Shown one piece after another: positions 1 to 12,052 of a stretch of DNA of 64,000 bases (positions are counted from its first letter, which is position 1; every line of letters begins with the position of its first letter). The notes beneath the pieces were generated by a model. It saw only the letters and a program-made list of their open reading frames with translations, was not told where the DNA came from and made no database searches. This DNA is from Escherichia coli (GTDB lineage: Bacteria; Pseudomonadota; Gammaproteobacteria; Enterobacterales; Enterobacteriaceae): the NCBI RefSeq assembly GCF_003334405.1, contig NZ_QOWM01000004.1; one strand, written 5' to 3'. A program made the position numbers and the translations under genes.

Positions 1-264
1 TCTGATCTTCTTTTGCCCCCAGACAACCGGTCACAATAACCTTGCCGTTTTCATTCAACGCTTCACCAATGGCTTCCAGTGATTCTTGTACCGCGCTGTC
101 AATAAAGCCGCAGGTGTTGACGATCACCATGTCCGCATCGTCATAGCTCGGTACCACGTCATAACCTTCAGTGCGGAGTTCGGTGAGAATACGCTCTGAA
201 TCAACAAGGTTTTTCGGACAGCCAAGGGAAACAAAGCCGATTTTCGGCTGGGGAGTTACTTTGC
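1..264 (-). CDS. rimO: Ribosomal protein S12 methylthiotransferase RimO, N-terminal part (gene continues beyond window start)
   Basis: Reverse-strand ATG at 264 gives [31 protein letters not shown]..., open to position 1; recognised RimO/YliG N-terminus and rimO-bssR synteny. Not in ORF track because it is truncated. Confidence 0.8.
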
Positions 265-480
265 TCATAGCTTAAAAAATATTCAGTTACAGGAAAGGTC
301 AGGGCAGGGATTCTACAGAGTTCTGGATAAAATTTGTATCGCAATCTCATTCGCTGGCGGAGGCGAAGGAAATGTAAATTTTGTTAATTCGGCGTGAAGA
401 ATTGATCCTGGACAGCATTTTGCTCAAAAAATAGCCATACTATTTAATTGCAACAAGGCTGGGAAGAGGAGGATCGAAGT

Positions 481-864
481 ATGTTCGTTGACAGACAGCG
501 AATCGATCTGCTGAACCGGTTGATCGACGCACGCGTTGACCTCGCCGCATACGTGCAACTGAGGAAGGCAAAAGGATACATGTCCGTCAGCGAAAGCAAT
601 CATCTACGAGATAACTTTTTTAAACTGAATCGCGAACTGCACGATAAATCGCTGCGGTTGAATCTTCATCTGGATCAGGAAGAGTGGAGTGCTCTTCATC
701 ATGCTGAAGAAGCATTAGCGACAGCCGCAGTATGTTTGATGAGTGGGCACCATGATTGCCCGACTGTTATTACCGTCAACGCCGATAAGCTTGAAAATTG
801 TCTGATGAGCTTAACGCTGAGTATCCAGAGCCTGCAGAAGCACGCCATGCTTGAGAAGGCCTGA
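481..864 (+). CDS. bssR: Biofilm regulator BssR (127 aa)
   Basis: Track ORF 448..864; start moved to ATG 481 (MFVDRQRIDLLNRLI...) preceded by aggagg RBS; recognised protein. Confidence 0.85.
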   Translation: MFVDRQRIDLLNRLIDARVDLAAYVQLRKAKGYMSVSESNHLRDNFFKLNRELHDKSLRLNLHLDQEEWSALHHAEEALATAAVCLMSGHHDCPTVITVNADKLENCLMSLTLSIQSLQKHAMLEKA

Positions 865-869
865 AAACT

Positions 870-910
870 AAGGGGGAGAAAGCGTCTCCCCCTTCATGTT
901 TAAGTTTTTG
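870..910 (+). terminator. Putative rho-independent terminator after bssR
   Basis: GC hairpin agggggaga/tctccccct with loop, followed by T-rich tract (ttaagtttttg). Confidence 0.5.
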
Positions 911-974
911 TAAAAATGAATTTGTTATCTCCTCCACTGACTACGCTTTAAGCCAGAGTCAATCCGGAGGCGTT

Positions 975-2090
975 ATGCATCGACAATCCTTTTTCCTTGT
1001 GCCCCTTATTTGTCTTTCTTCCGCTCTCTGGGCGGCTCCTGCAACGGTAAATGTCGAAGTACTGCAAGACAAACTCGACCATCCCTGGGCACTGGCCTTT
1101 TTACCCGATAATCACGGTATGTTAATCACTCTGCGCGGCGGCGAGTTGCGTCACTGGCAAGCAGGAAAAGGATTATCTGCGCCGCTTTCCGGAGTTCCGG
1201 ACGTTTGGGCGCACGGGCAGGGCGGCCTGCTGGACGTGGTTTTAGCGCCTGATTTTGCTCAGTCTCGCCGCATCTGGTTAAGTTATTCCGAAGTTGGCGA
1301 TGATGGCAAAGCCGGAACTGCTGTGGGTTATGGCCGCTTAAGTGATGATCTCTCAAAAGTGACCGACTTCCGCACCGTCTTTCGCCAGATGCCAAAACTG
1401 TCTACCGGCAACCATTTTGGCGGGCGGCTGGTATTCGACGGTAAAGGTTATCTTTTTATTGCTCTGGGCGAAAACAATCAGCGCCCGACGGCGCAGGATC
1501 TGGATAAATTACAGGGCAAACTGGTGCGTCTGACCGACCAGGGCGAAATCCCGGATGATAATCCTTTTATAAAGGAATCCGGTGCGCGCGCCGAGATCTG
1601 GTCTTATGGCATTCGTAATCCGCAAGGAATGGCGATGAATCCGTGGAGTAATGCACTGTGGCTGAATGAACATGGCCCGCGCGGTGGTGATGAAATTAAT
1701 ATCCCGCAAAAAGGCAAAAACTACGGCTGGCCGCTGGCAACCTGGGGAATCAACTATTCAGGCTTTAAGATACCGGAAGCGAAAGGGGAGATCGTCGCCG
1801 GGACCGAGCAACCTGTTTTTTACTGGAAAGATTCGCCCGCTGTGAGCGGCATGGCCTTCTATAACAGCGATAAATTCCCCCAGTGGCAGCAAAAATTATT
1901 TATTGGCGCGCTGAAAGATAAAGATGTCATTGTGATGAGCGTCAACGGCGACAAAGTGACAGAAGATGGCCGTATTTTAACGGACAGAGGGCAGCGAATT
2001 CGTGATGTTCGCACTGGACCCGACGGTTATTTATACGTTCTCACCGACGAGTCCAGTGGGGAATTACTTAAAGTTAGCCCACGCAATTAG
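975..2090 (+). CDS. yliI: Soluble aldose sugar dehydrogenase YliI (371 aa, signal peptide)
   Basis: Track ORF; N-terminal signal peptide; recognised protein and synteny. Confidence 0.9.
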
Positions 2091-2713
2091 CTAACGGGAA
2101 TCATCACCACTTTGCGCACTGCGGGGCGTTCAGTGAGTTGCTGATACCAGCGTTGCAGATTTGGACGCGGTGTCCAGGTCAGGCCAACGTTAAACAAATT
2201 GTAGATGAACGGTGCGATAGCGATATCGCCCACACCAAACTCGTCGCCAGAGAACCATTTTACTTTTGCCAGTTCCGCATCGAGCAGGGCAAACAGGGCG
2301 TCGCACTCTTTGCAACTGGCATCAATGGCGGCCTGATCGCGCTCTTCCGGTGGTGTTCTGACTAATCCCATCAGGATCCCGCGATGAGCATTACTGAGCG
2401 TCTGGTTTGCCCAGTCCATCCATTTTTCCGCTTCCGCACGACGTGCCGGTGAGTCGATCCACAGGCGTTTTTGCCCGTACTGTGCCGCCAGATAGCGGAC
2501 AATGGCGTTTGATTCCCAAAGAATGAGATCACTTTCGTCGTCACGCAACAACGGCACCAGCCCGTTAGGGTTCATCGCCAGAAAATCAGCATCGTGATTT
2601 ATCCCAAACTCACGGCCCGCGAGAATTTGCTCATAAGGTAGTTCCAGTTCTTCGAGCGTCAGCAATACTTTTTTTACGTTAGTTGAATTATTCCGACCCC
2701 ACAGCGTAATCAT
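2087..2713 (-). CDS. gstB: Glutathione S-transferase GstB (208 aa)
   Basis: Track ORF 2087..2719 trimmed to second Met ([15 protein letters not shown]...); converges on yliI with a 4-nt stop overlap. Confidence 0.88.
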
Positions 2714-2959
2714 ACTCACCCCTTTTCCGACAGGCAGCCACAGGCTGAACAGGACTCCGATGGTGAAGTAAAGTTAACTTTTAAGCAACAGCTGGCAAAA
2801 AAATGACACCAGAAGCAGCGAAGCGGCAGGATATTGCATAAACTTTAAAAACTTTACCAACTTACGGTTTCTTTAAGTTTGTGTGTGCGTTATTAATCAC
2901 CAAACTTATCATACGGCGATATAACGTATTTTTTTTGAATGGATACTCGGGTGGCATTT

Positions 2960-4162
2960 ATGACGCAATACTCCTCTCTCCTTCGTGGTCTTGCAGCGGG
3001 TTCTGCATTTTTATTCCTTTTTGCCCCAACGGCATTCGCGGCGGAACAAACCGTTGAAGCGCCGAGCGTGGATGCGCGTGCATGGATTTTAATGGATTAC
3101 GCCAGCGGTAAAGTGCTGGCAGAAGGCAATGCGGATGAGAAACTGGATCCCGCGAGCCTGACTAAAATCATGACCAGCTATGTGGTTGGGCAGGCGCTTA
3201 AGGCCGATAAGATTAAACTCACCGATATGGTGACGGTCGGTAAAGATGCCTGGGCGACGGGAAATCCGGCACTGCGTGGTTCATCGGTAATGTTCCTCAA
3301 ACCGGGCGATCAGGTTTCGGTGGCAGACTTGAACAAAGGTGTGATTATCCAGTCCGGTAATGACGCCTGTATTGCGCTGGCTGATTACGTTGCCGGGAGC
3401 CAGGAGTCATTTATTGGTCTGATGAATGGTTATGCCAAAAAACTGGGTCTGACCAACACTACCTTCCAGACGGTGCACGGCCTGGATGCGCCGGGGCAGT
3501 TCAGCACCGCGCGCGATATGGCATTGCTGGGTAAAGCATTGATCCACGATGTGCCGGAAGAGTACGCCATTCATAAAGAGAAAGAGTTCACCTTCAACAA
3601 AATTCGTCAGCCTAACCGTAACCGTCTGCTGTGGAGCAGCAATCTGAATGTTGATGGCATGAAGACAGGAACCACGGCAGGCGCGGGATATAATCTGGTT
3701 GCTTCGGCTACCCAGGGCGATATGCGTTTAATCTCCGTAGTGTTGGGGGCGAAAACCGACCGTATCCGTTTTAATGAGTCTGAGAAATTATTGACCTGGG
3801 GTTTCCGCTTCTTTGAAACCGTGACGCCAATTAAACCTGATGCCACCTTTGTGACTCAGCGCGTCTGGTTTGGTGATAAGAGCGAAGTGAATCTCGGGGC
3901 AGGTGAAGCGGGCTCAGTGACCATACCGCGTGGGCAGCTGAAAAACCTGAAAGCGAGTTATACGTTAACGGAACCGCAGCTTACCGCACCGCTGAAAAAA
4001 GGTCAGGTTGTCGGGACCATTGATTTCCAGCTTAACGGTAAATCCATTGAGCAGCGTCCGCTGATCGTGATGGAAAATGTGGGAGAGGGCGGATTCTTTG
4101 GTCGGGTGTGGGATTTCGTGATGATGAAATTCCATCAGTGGTTCGGCAGCTGGTTCTCTTAA
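2960..4162 (+). CDS. dacC: D-alanyl-D-alanine carboxypeptidase DacC (PBP6, 400 aa)
   Basis: Track ORF 2939..4162 trimmed to [11 protein letters not shown]...; signal peptide plus SxxK active-site motif (ASLTKIMT). Confidence 0.9.
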   Translation: MTQYSSLLRGLAAGSAFLFLFAPTAFAAEQTVEAPSVDARAWILMDYASGKVLAEGNADEKLDPASLTKIMTSYVVGQALKADKIKLTDMVTVGKDAWATGNPALRGSSVMFLKPGDQVSVADLNKGVIIQSGNDACIALADYVAGSQESFIGLMNGYAKKLGLTNTTFQTVHGLDAPGQFSTARDMALLGKALIHDVPEEYAIHKEKEFTFNKIRQPNRNRLLWSSNLNVDGMKTGTTAGAGYNLVASATQGDMRLISVVLGAKTDRIRFNESEKLLTWGFRFFETVTPIKPDATFVTQRVWFGDKSEVNLGAGEAGSVTIPRGQLKNLKASYTLTEPQLTAPLKKGQVVGTIDFQLNGKSIEQRPLIVMENVGEGGFFGRVWDFVMMKFHQWFGSWFS

Positions 4163-4171
4163 TCTTCTGAT

Positions 4172-4200
4172 AACCGGATGGCGCGAAACGTCATCCGGTT
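4172..4200. terminator. Putative hairpin between convergent dacC and deoR
   Basis: Inverted repeat aaccggatg...catccggtt (9-bp arms) between two convergent stop codons; no strong T tract. Confidence 0.35.
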
Positions 4201-4208
4201 ATACGTCA

Positions 4209-4967
4209 TTAATACATCAACTTAATGCGCTGCGTCTGCGCGTACTTCACATACTCATCTTCCGGGCAACAATCGCTCACCACAATATCAAAGCGTTTCA
4301 GGTCACCCATGCGCGCCGGACGCACCTTGCCAAATTTACTGTGGTCGACAACCAGCACATGCTTTTGCGCCATCGACATGGCCCAGTGTTTTACCGGCAA
4401 CTCTTCAAGATTAAAACAGGTAGCGCCTTTACTGACATGCACGCCCGCCGCAGAATAAAAAGCGATATCCGGGCAAAAATTATTCAGCGTTTGCTGAAAA
4501 TCGATGGGTTTGAAAATGGCGTTGCTGGCGTGAAATTCACCACCGCAAAGAAACGCGCGGCAATGGGGTTTCTCTTTCAGCGCCAGAAAGGTATTTAGCG
4601 AATAACAAACGGCGGTAAAAGGGATTTCATTATCAATCGCTTCAATAATCCACGGCGTGGTGGTGCCACAGTCAAAAAAGAGGGTCTGATCGGGTTCTAC
4701 CAGCGTCGCAGCCAGTTTTGCCGCCCGGCGTTTTTCTTCCACCAGGCGGGATTTTTGATCGCTTAACAGGTAATGGCTGGCACTGCGCGGTTCCAGAACA
4801 ATATAGCCGCCGAGCAAAACGACGGGCGCACTGTGGTTGTTCAGATCGCGACGAATCGTCATCTCCGAAACCCCAAGCAGGGCGGCGGCGTCTTTAAGAT
4901 GTAACTTATCGCTGCGTTTTAATTCTTGCAGCAGCTGCCCGATACGCTCTTCGCGACGTGTTTCCAT
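4209..4967 (-). CDS. deoR: Deoxyribose operon repressor DeoR (252 aa)
   Basis: Track ORF; N-terminal HTH (LHLKDAAALLGVSEMTIRRDL); recognised protein. Confidence 0.9.
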   Translation of the reverse strand: METRREERIGQLLQELKRSDKLHLKDAAALLGVSEMTIRRDLNNHSAPVVLLGGYIVLEPRSASHYLLSDQKSRLVEEKRRAAKLAATLVEPDQTLFFDCGTTTPWIIEAIDNEIPFTAVCYSLNTFLALKEKPHCRAFLCGGEFHASNAIFKPIDFQQTLNNFCPDIAFYSAAGVHVSKGATCFNLEELPVKHWAMSMAQKHVLVVDHSKFGKVRPARMGDLKRFDIVVSDCCPEDEYVKYAQTQRIKLMY

Positions 4968-5024
4968 AATCCCTCTGAATAGTTATTGAAGCGAGCCGCT
5001 CAATACTACACTTTTTAGCAGAGA

Positions 5025-5621
5025 TCAGTCACGCACCCAGCCTTTGCGGATCGGTAATGCAAAACAGACGCGATACCACGATTGCAGACGTTGATAGAGT
5101 TTATGCCCCATCGCTTGCCAGATAATCTGGGCACTAAGGCAGCCAATCATACCTGCCAGCAATCCACCGAGCATATCCAGCGGCCAGTGGACGCCAAGAT
5201 AAACGCGCGACCAGGCAATGACGACGGCCAGCACCATTAAAAGTGAGCCGGACCACAGGCGATGCCAGCATAAAAATGCCAGTGCAAAGGTGAAAATCAC
5301 CGTACCGTGATCGCTTGGGAATGAGTCATCCGCCGCATGATGCAGGAAGTTATAGCCGATATTTTCGACAAAGGGTCGGTCGTGCGGAAAAAGATGTCCC
5401 ATCGTCCAGGACACAAACAGGCTGACCGCCAGCGCGATAGCGATTTTTATCACCAGTTGCCGTTGTGCTGTAAGCCCCCACAACCAAAGTACCACGGCCA
5501 GCAACGGCACCACGGTAATCAAATCTTTAGCAATAAAAATCGCCAACGAGATCATCCACGGAGCCGAGTCTGGCGTCGCGTTAATAAGAGAGAATAGAGA
5601 GAGATTCAAATTTTCCAGCAT
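5025..5621 (-). CDS. ybjG: Undecaprenyl-pyrophosphate phosphatase YbjG (PAP2 family, 198 aa)
   Basis: Track ORF 5025..5636 trimmed to MLENLNLSLFS...; hydrophobic membrane protein; synteny. Confidence 0.85.
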   Translation of the reverse strand: MLENLNLSLFSLINATPDSAPWMISLAIFIAKDLITVVPLLAVVLWLWGLTAQRQLVIKIAIALAVSLFVSWTMGHLFPHDRPFVENIGYNFLHHAADDSFPSDHGTVIFTFALAFLCWHRLWSGSLLMVLAVVIAWSRVYLGVHWPLDMLGGLLAGMIGCLSAQIIWQAMGHKLYQRLQSWYRVCFALPIRKGWVRD

Positions 5622-5905
5622 AACTTCCCGACGCAAAGTGATTAAAAGGGAGCCAATACAGGCAAGTCGTTGAGAATAAAGTGCAGGTTAAACTGGGTAA
5701 AGCGGCATCGTCTTATTTCCCTCAAGCGGCCTGTTTACGGTGGGTGATTGTAACGGGCATAGGTTAAATAAAACTTAAAGAAAGCGTAGCTATACTCGTA
5801 ATAATGTAAGAATGTGCTTAACCGTGGTTTCAGCTACAAAATTCGCTTTCTCGTTAGCTGCGCTTTTATTAAACTCTGCGCGATTATTATTGGCGAAGAA
5901 ATTGC

Positions 5906-7138
5906 ATGCAAAATAAATTAGCTTCCGGTGCCAGGCTTGGACGTCAGGCGTTACTTTTCCCTCTCTGTCTGGTGCTTTACGAATTTTCAACCTATATCGG
6001 CAACGATATGATTCAACCCGGTATGTTGGCCGTGGTGGAACAATATCAGGCGGGCATTGATTGGGTTCCTACTTCGATGACCGCGTATCTGGCGGGCGGG
6101 ATGTTTTTACAATGGCTGCTGGGGCCGCTGTCGGATCGTATTGGTCGCCGTCCGGTGATGCTGGCGGGAGTGGTGTGGTTTATCGTCACCTGTCTGGCAA
6201 TATTGCTGGCGCAAAACATTGAACAATTCACCCTGTTGCGCTTCTTGCAGGGCATAAGCCTCTGTTTCATTGGCGCTGTGGGATACGCCGCAATTCAGGA
6301 ATCCTTCGAAGAGGCGGTTTGTATCAAGATCACCGCGCTGATGGCGAACGTGGCGCTGATTGCTCCGCTACTTGGTCCGCTGGTGGGCGCGGCGTGGATC
6401 CATGTGCTGCCCTGGGAGGGGATGTTTGTTTTGTTTGCCGCATTGGCAGCGATCTCCTTTTTCGGTCTGCAACGAGCCATGCCTGAAACCGCCACGCGTA
6501 TAGGCGAGAAACTGTCACTGAAAGAACTCGGTCGTGACTATAAGCTGGTGCTGAAGAACGGCCGCTTTGTGGCGGGGGCGCTGGCGCTGGGATTCGTTAG
6601 TCTGCCGTTGCTGGCGTGGATCGCCCAGTCGCCGATTATCATCATTACCGGCGAGCAGTTGAGCAGCTATGAATATGGCTTGCTGCAAGTGCCTATTTTC
6701 GGGGCGTTAATTGCGGGTAACTTGCTGTTAGCGCGTCTGACCTCGCGCCGCACCGTACGTTCGCTGATTATTATGGGCGGCTGGCCGATTATGATTGGTC
6801 TATTGGTCGCTGCTGCGGCAACGGTTATCTCATCGCACGCGTATTTATGGATGACTGCCGGGTTAAGTATTTATGCTTTCGGTATTGGTCTGGCGAATGC
6901 GGGACTGGTGCGATTAACCCTGTTTGCCAGCGATATGAGTAAAGGTACGGTTTCTGCCGCGATGGGAATGCTGCAAATGCTGATCTTTACCGTTGGTATT
7001 GAAATCAGCAAACATGCCTGGCTGAACGGGGGCAACGGACTGTTTAATCTCTTCAACCTTGTCAACGGAATTTTGTGGCTGTCGCTGATGGTTATCTTTT
7101 TAAAAGATAAACAGATGGGAAATTCTCACGAAGGGTAA
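5906..7138 (+). CDS. mdfA: Multidrug efflux MFS transporter MdfA/Cmr (410 aa)
   Basis: Track ORF; 12-TM-type hydrophobic sequence; recognised protein. Confidence 0.92.
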
Positions 7139-7172
7139 AAAAATGCCTGACTGCTTTGTGCGATCAGGCATT
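7137..7172. terminator. Bidirectional hairpin terminator between mdfA and ybjH
   Basis: A-run, then 9-bp arms aatgcctga...tcaggcatt; reads as hairpin plus T-run on the minus strand (ybjH side). Confidence 0.5.
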
Positions 7173-7178
7173 CTCGAA

Positions 7179-7463
7179 TTAATGGTGATGGTCGTCAATC
7201 TGGTGTTCGATAACCATCCCTTCACCTACGCTGGCAAGATGGCGAACATAAGGATGCGGGCGGTAAGCCGGAGCTGGCGCAGGAGCCACATAGACGGTTT
7301 GCGGCACAGTCGCGACGCTGACCGCTTGTGGAACGCTGACTGAATCAGGAACCACAACCACTTTGTATCCACTCGGCACATCGACGGTGACACTTTGCGC
7401 CATCGCCACACCAGTAAAGCCCATTAAAAGCGCGCCCAACAGTAGACAATTTTTCATAATCAT
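7179..7463 (-). CDS. ybjH: Small secreted protein YbjH (94 aa)
   Basis: Track ORF with signal peptide (MIMKNCLLLGALLMGFTGVAMA); synteny. Confidence 0.8.
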   Translation of the reverse strand: MIMKNCLLLGALLMGFTGVAMAQSVTVDVPSGYKVVVVPDSVSVPQAVSVATVPQTVYVAPAPAPAYRPHPYVRHLASVGEGMVIEHQIDDHHH

Positions 7464-7548
7464 TTCGCCTGAAATAATGCAGCGGGTTAATTTCCGCGAA
7501 TTATGCAGCCTTCATTCAGGCATTGTGTTGCCGGGCGTGCTGCCGGTT

Positions 7549-8364
7549 TTATTGGTCAAATGGCGCTTCGTGTTTAAGAACTTTATCGATCACATCCAGT
7601 ACGCCTTCACGGTTATTGGAGCCTGCGCGGTATTTTGCCGCTGCGACGACCGCGCTACCGGCATTTTCCATTGCAAAACTAAAGCCTGCCTGACGCAGCA
7701 TCTCAATATCGTTACCGCCATCGCCAAAGACCACCACTTCGCTGTCGTCTATTCCCCATAATTTCTGCAGTTGGCGAAGGCCATTGGCTTTATGTACGCC
7801 GGGGATAATCAGATCGATGCTGCCGTTGCCGGTGTGGACCGACACCATAATATCGCCGATGGCCTCATGTAATGCTTTTTGTACTTGTGGAATCAGTTCA
7901 TCGGAAAGATTCAGGCCAAACTTAAAGAAGATATCCTCTAAGTTGTCAAAGTTATCGACGTATTCCAGACGGTGATAATACATTTCCGCCACCGTTTTCA
8001 TGGCATCGTCATATTTTTTGAGTGTATAGGCACTATTTTTTCCGCAGGCAATAATTTCCACTTCCGGGCGCGTCAGCAAATGTTCCACGACAGTAGCAAA
8101 CGCATCCTTCGATAGCTCGCCATTAAAAACATCTTTGCCTTCGCTCACTACCCAGCCGCCGTTTTCAGCCACAAAGGCAATTTCATTAGCAATTTCAGGG
8201 AAGAAAGAGATCAACTGATAATATTGATTCCCGCTGGCGACTACAAAGCGAATTCCTTGTGCTTTCATTTGCTGATACTGAGCCATAAACCGCTCACGGT
8301 TATAGGTTTTTTGATCGCTTAAGAAAGTACCATCCATGTCTACCGCAATTAATTTAATGCTCAT
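7549..8364 (-). CDS. ybjI: HAD-family FMN/sugar phosphatase YbjI (Cof-like, about 271 aa)
   Basis: Track ORF 7549..8367; HAD motif I (AVDMDGT); start is either of two adjacent Met codons, the second overlapping the ybjJ stop (TGATG). Confidence 0.85.
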   Translation of the reverse strand: MSIKLIAVDMDGTFLSDQKTYNRERFMAQYQQMKAQGIRFVVASGNQYYQLISFFPEIANEIAFVAENGGWVVSEGKDVFNGELSKDAFATVVEHLLTRPEVEIIACGKNSAYTLKKYDDAMKTVAEMYYHRLEYVDNFDNLEDIFFKFGLNLSDELIPQVQKALHEAIGDIMVSVHTGNGSIDLIIPGVHKANGLRQLQKLWGIDDSEVVVFGDGGNDIEMLRQAGFSFAMENAGSAVVAAAKYRAGSNNREGVLDVIDKVLKHEAPFDQ

Positions 8365-9572
8365 CAACTATTCTCCATCGCCGTCTGCGTTTTGGTATCG
8401 GGTTTGGCGACGGCTTTCGCGACAATAGCCGCGAGAATAACCAGCGCCAGTACAACCAGCATTGCACTACGTAATCCATAATGTTCGCCGAGATAGCCCA
8501 GCAGCGGCGGCCCGACGAGGAAAGCCAGATAACCGGTCGTTGCTACCACACTGACGCGGGTTGGTGCATCGGGGCCGGTATCGCTGGCGGCAGAAATGGT
8601 CAGCGGGAAGCCCAGCGAGGCACCCAGTCCCCAGAGTACAACAGACACCCCAGCGACCCAGGCGCTATCGACAAAAATAATCAGCCCAATACCCAACGCC
8701 CCCATTAGTGCACTGGCCCGAACCACGGCAACGCGACTGTAACGGTCGATGAACCAACCGCCGGTGAAGCGTCCAACGGTCATCCCCAGGGTAAAACCGG
8801 CATAAATCAGCGAGCCGGAAGTAGGGCTAAAACCGTGACCGTCAACCATTAATAAGGGTAACCAGTCGTTGGCAGAACCTTCGGCAAAGGCCATCGCCAG
8901 CACCACAACACCTATCAGCAGCAACTGGATATCGCGATAAAAAGGTACGCCTTTTTCGCCATGCTGGGTGCCATCGGCAGCATTTTTGCCCGTACCGTCA
9001 GGGATTGCCTGAATGGCGATATAAATAGGTGCGATACCTACCAGCGCCGCCAATAAAATGTGCACCGTTGCCGGAACGCCAAAGGCCGTCAGTGCCATCC
9101 CGACACCTGCGCCTGCCAGCGTGCCCAGGCTATAAAAACCGTGCATCATCGGCAAAACCGTCTTATTCATTTCTCGCTCAACGGCAGCACCTTCAACGTT
9201 TATCGCCACTTCCGCAGAACCAAAACTTGCCCCAAAGACGCCGAGACCAACGGCAAAGAGCAGGGGCGATGTCAGCCAGAGTGCCAGACTTAATATCATC
9301 ATCCCGATCAATGCGCAGGACATCGTGACCAGGATGACATTACGTGTCCCAAAGCGTTTCACTAACCACGCCGAGCAGAGAATACCGCTCATCGAACCGA
9401 TCGACAGACCAAAGAGAACACCGCCCATTTCAGCGATCGAGACAGAGAGAATATCGCGGATAGCAGGCGTACGGGTTGCCCAGGACGCCATTAACAGGCC
9501 TGGCAAAAAGAAGAACATAAACAGCGCCCAGGTTCGGCGTTTCAATGCATTACGTGAAGAATTTACGGTCAT
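8364..9572 (-). CDS. ybjJ: MFS transporter YbjJ (402 aa)
   Basis: Track ORF; polytopic hydrophobic protein; synteny. Confidence 0.88.
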
Positions 9573-9655
9573 AGATCACGTCAAAATAAGAAGAGGGAAG
9601 ACAACATTAGCAAGGTTGTGTACATTTGTACACAATTGCAGAGAGAGGAAATGAC

Positions 9656-10192
9656 ATGCGTCGCGCTAACGATCCGCAACGGCGAGAAAAAATTATCCAG
9701 GCCACGCTGGAGGCGGTGAAACTTTACGGAATACATGCTGTTACGCACCGCAAAATTGCTACCCTTGCCGGGGTACCGTTGGGATCGATGACCTACTATT
9801 TTTCAGGAATTGATGAGTTGTTACTGGAGGCGTTCAGCAGTTTTACTGAGATCATGTCCCGGCAATATCAGGCATTTTTTAGCGATGTTAGTGATGCTCC
9901 GGGCGCATGCCAGGCTATCACCGATATGATCTACAGCTCACAGGTTGCAACGCCGGATAACATGGAGCTGATGTACCAGCTCTACGCGCTGGCTAGCCGA
10001 AAACCGCTATTAAAAACGGTAATGCAAAACTGGATGCAGCGCAGTCAGCAAACGCTCGAACAATGGTTTGAACCCGGAACCGCCCGCGCGCTTGATGCGT
10101 TTATTGAGGGGATGACGCTGCATTTTGTCACCGACCGTAAGCCGCTATCGCGCGAGGAGATTTTGAGGATGGTTGAGAGGGTTGCAGGGTAG
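9656..10192 (+). CDS. rcdA: TetR-family regulator RcdA/YbjK (178 aa)
   Basis: Track ORF 9626..10192 trimmed to [15 protein letters not shown]...; TetR-type N-terminal HTH. Confidence 0.85.
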
Positions 10193-10211
10193 TAGATAAG
10201 TTTTAGATAAC

Positions 10212-10290
10212 AAAAAACCCATCAACCTTGAACCGAAATGGCGGGGTTGATGGGCTCCACAAAATGGGGACATCAAAGAAAAGCAGTGGC
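10212..10290 (-). ncRNA. rybB: Small RNA RybB (sigma-E dependent, Hfq-binding), about 79 nt
   Basis: Minus strand reads gccactgcttttctttgatgtccccattttgtggagcccatcaaccccgccatttcggttcaaggttgatgggtttttt, the RybB sequence as I recall it, ending in a terminator hairpin plus U-run; lies in the rcdA-ybjL gap where rybB maps. Confidence 0.85.
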
Positions 10291-10296
10291 ACTAAT

Positions 10297-10324
10297 TAAG
10301 ACTGATGCCCTGCGGAAAAGTTCT
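10297..10324 (-). promoter_or_regulatory. Putative sigma-E promoter of rybB
   Basis: Minus strand upstream of the RybB 5' end reads GAACTT, 16-nt spacer, TCTTA, matching the sigma-E -35/-10 pattern. Confidence 0.55.
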
Positions 10325-10366
10325 GCGGTTGTGCAAAAAAATTTCATTTTCAGGGCAACTTCAGTT

Positions 10367-12052
10367 TTATCCTAATCCTGGCCATACCATGACGATGATT
10401 GTCCCTGCCAGCGTCAGCAGGACGTTGGCGATTGCATAGGTGCCCGCATAGCCCAGCGCCGGGATGTTACTGCGAGCTGTATCACTGATGATCTCCATTG
10501 CCGGCGCGCAGGTACGTGCGCCCATCATTGCGCCGAACAACAGCGCGCGGTTCATTCGCAATACATAAGCACCGAACAAGAAACAGATAACCACGGGCAC
10601 CAGACTGACAATCAATCCGGCAATCAACATCTGACCGCCAATCGCGCCCAGGCCGTTATTAATACCGCTACCGGCGCTCAGACCAACGCCTGCCATAAAC
10701 ACCATCAAGCCGAACTCTTTCACCATGCTTAATGCACCCTGCGGAATGTAACCGAAGGTCGGGTGGTTAGCACGCATAAAGCCCAGCATAATTCCGGCGA
10801 ATAACAACCCGGCAGCGTTCCCCATGCCGAAACTGAATGTGCTGAACTGGAAGGTGATCATCCCGATCATCAGCCCAATAACAAAGAAGGCGCAGAATGC
10901 CAGCAGGTCAGTGACCTGGCTGTGAATCGAGATAAAGCCGATGCGATCGGCGATGGTTTTTACGCGGCGGGCATCGCCGCTGACTTGTAAAACGTCACCT
11001 TTGTTAAGCACGACGTTGTCATCTATCGGCATCTCAATCTGGCTACGAATGACGCGGTTAAGGAAGCAACCGTGATCGGTCAACTTCAGTTGTGCGAGAC
11101 GTTTACCTACAGCGTTATGGTTTTTAACGACCACTTCTTCAGTGACGATACGCATGTCGAGAAGGTCACGATCGAAAACTTCTTTACCGTTACGGAAGCT
11201 GGGATCGAGTCGGGCATGGGCGTCGGGATAGCCTACCAACGCTATTTCATCGCCCATTTGTAGCACGGCATCACCGTCTGGATTTGCCAGAATCCCGTTA
11301 CGTCGAATACGTTCAATGTAGCAGCCGGTTTGTCGATAAATACCCAGTTCACGCAGATTTTTGCCGTCGGTCCAGGCCACCAGTTCCGGGCCGACGCGAT
11401 AGGCGCGGATCACCGGTAAATAAACCTTACGGTTGGCATCAGTGTCCAGGCCACGTTCGCGGGCGATTTGCTGGGCGCTGGTCTGTAAGTCCTGATGCTG
11501 CAATTTCGGCAAGTAACGCGCACCAACAATCAAACTCACCAGACCGATTAAATAGGTTAAGGCATACCCGAGGCTCAGATTATCCAGTGCCAGTGAGAGC
11601 TGCCTGCTTTCCATGCCGGAATGACGCAGTGTATCGCCAGCACCGACCAGAACCGGTGTCGACGTCATAGAGCCTGCTAACATACCGGCCGTCAGGCCAA
11701 TATCCCAGCCAAACAGCTTACCTAACCCTAAGGCGATCACCAGCGCACTGCCAACCATCACCAGTGCTAACATTAGGTAATTTTTCCCATCGCGAAAAAA
11801 AATGGAAAAAAAGTTCGGTCCGGCTTCGACCCCGACGCAGAAAATAAACAGCATAAAGCCAAGATTAAGCGCATCGGTGTTAATGCTGAAATGTTGTTGG
11901 CCTAATAACAGCGATACGACTAAAACGCCAATGGAATTACCCAGTTGGATCGAACCAAGTCGTAACTTTCCGAGACATAGCCCAAGCGCGAGGACCACAA
12001 ATAATAACAGAATGTAATTCCCATTTAACAATTCGGCGACGTTTATATTCAC
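10367..12052 (-). CDS. ybjL: Putative AAE-family transporter YbjL (561 aa)
   Basis: Track ORF; membrane domains flanking central soluble domains; synteny. Confidence 0.9.
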
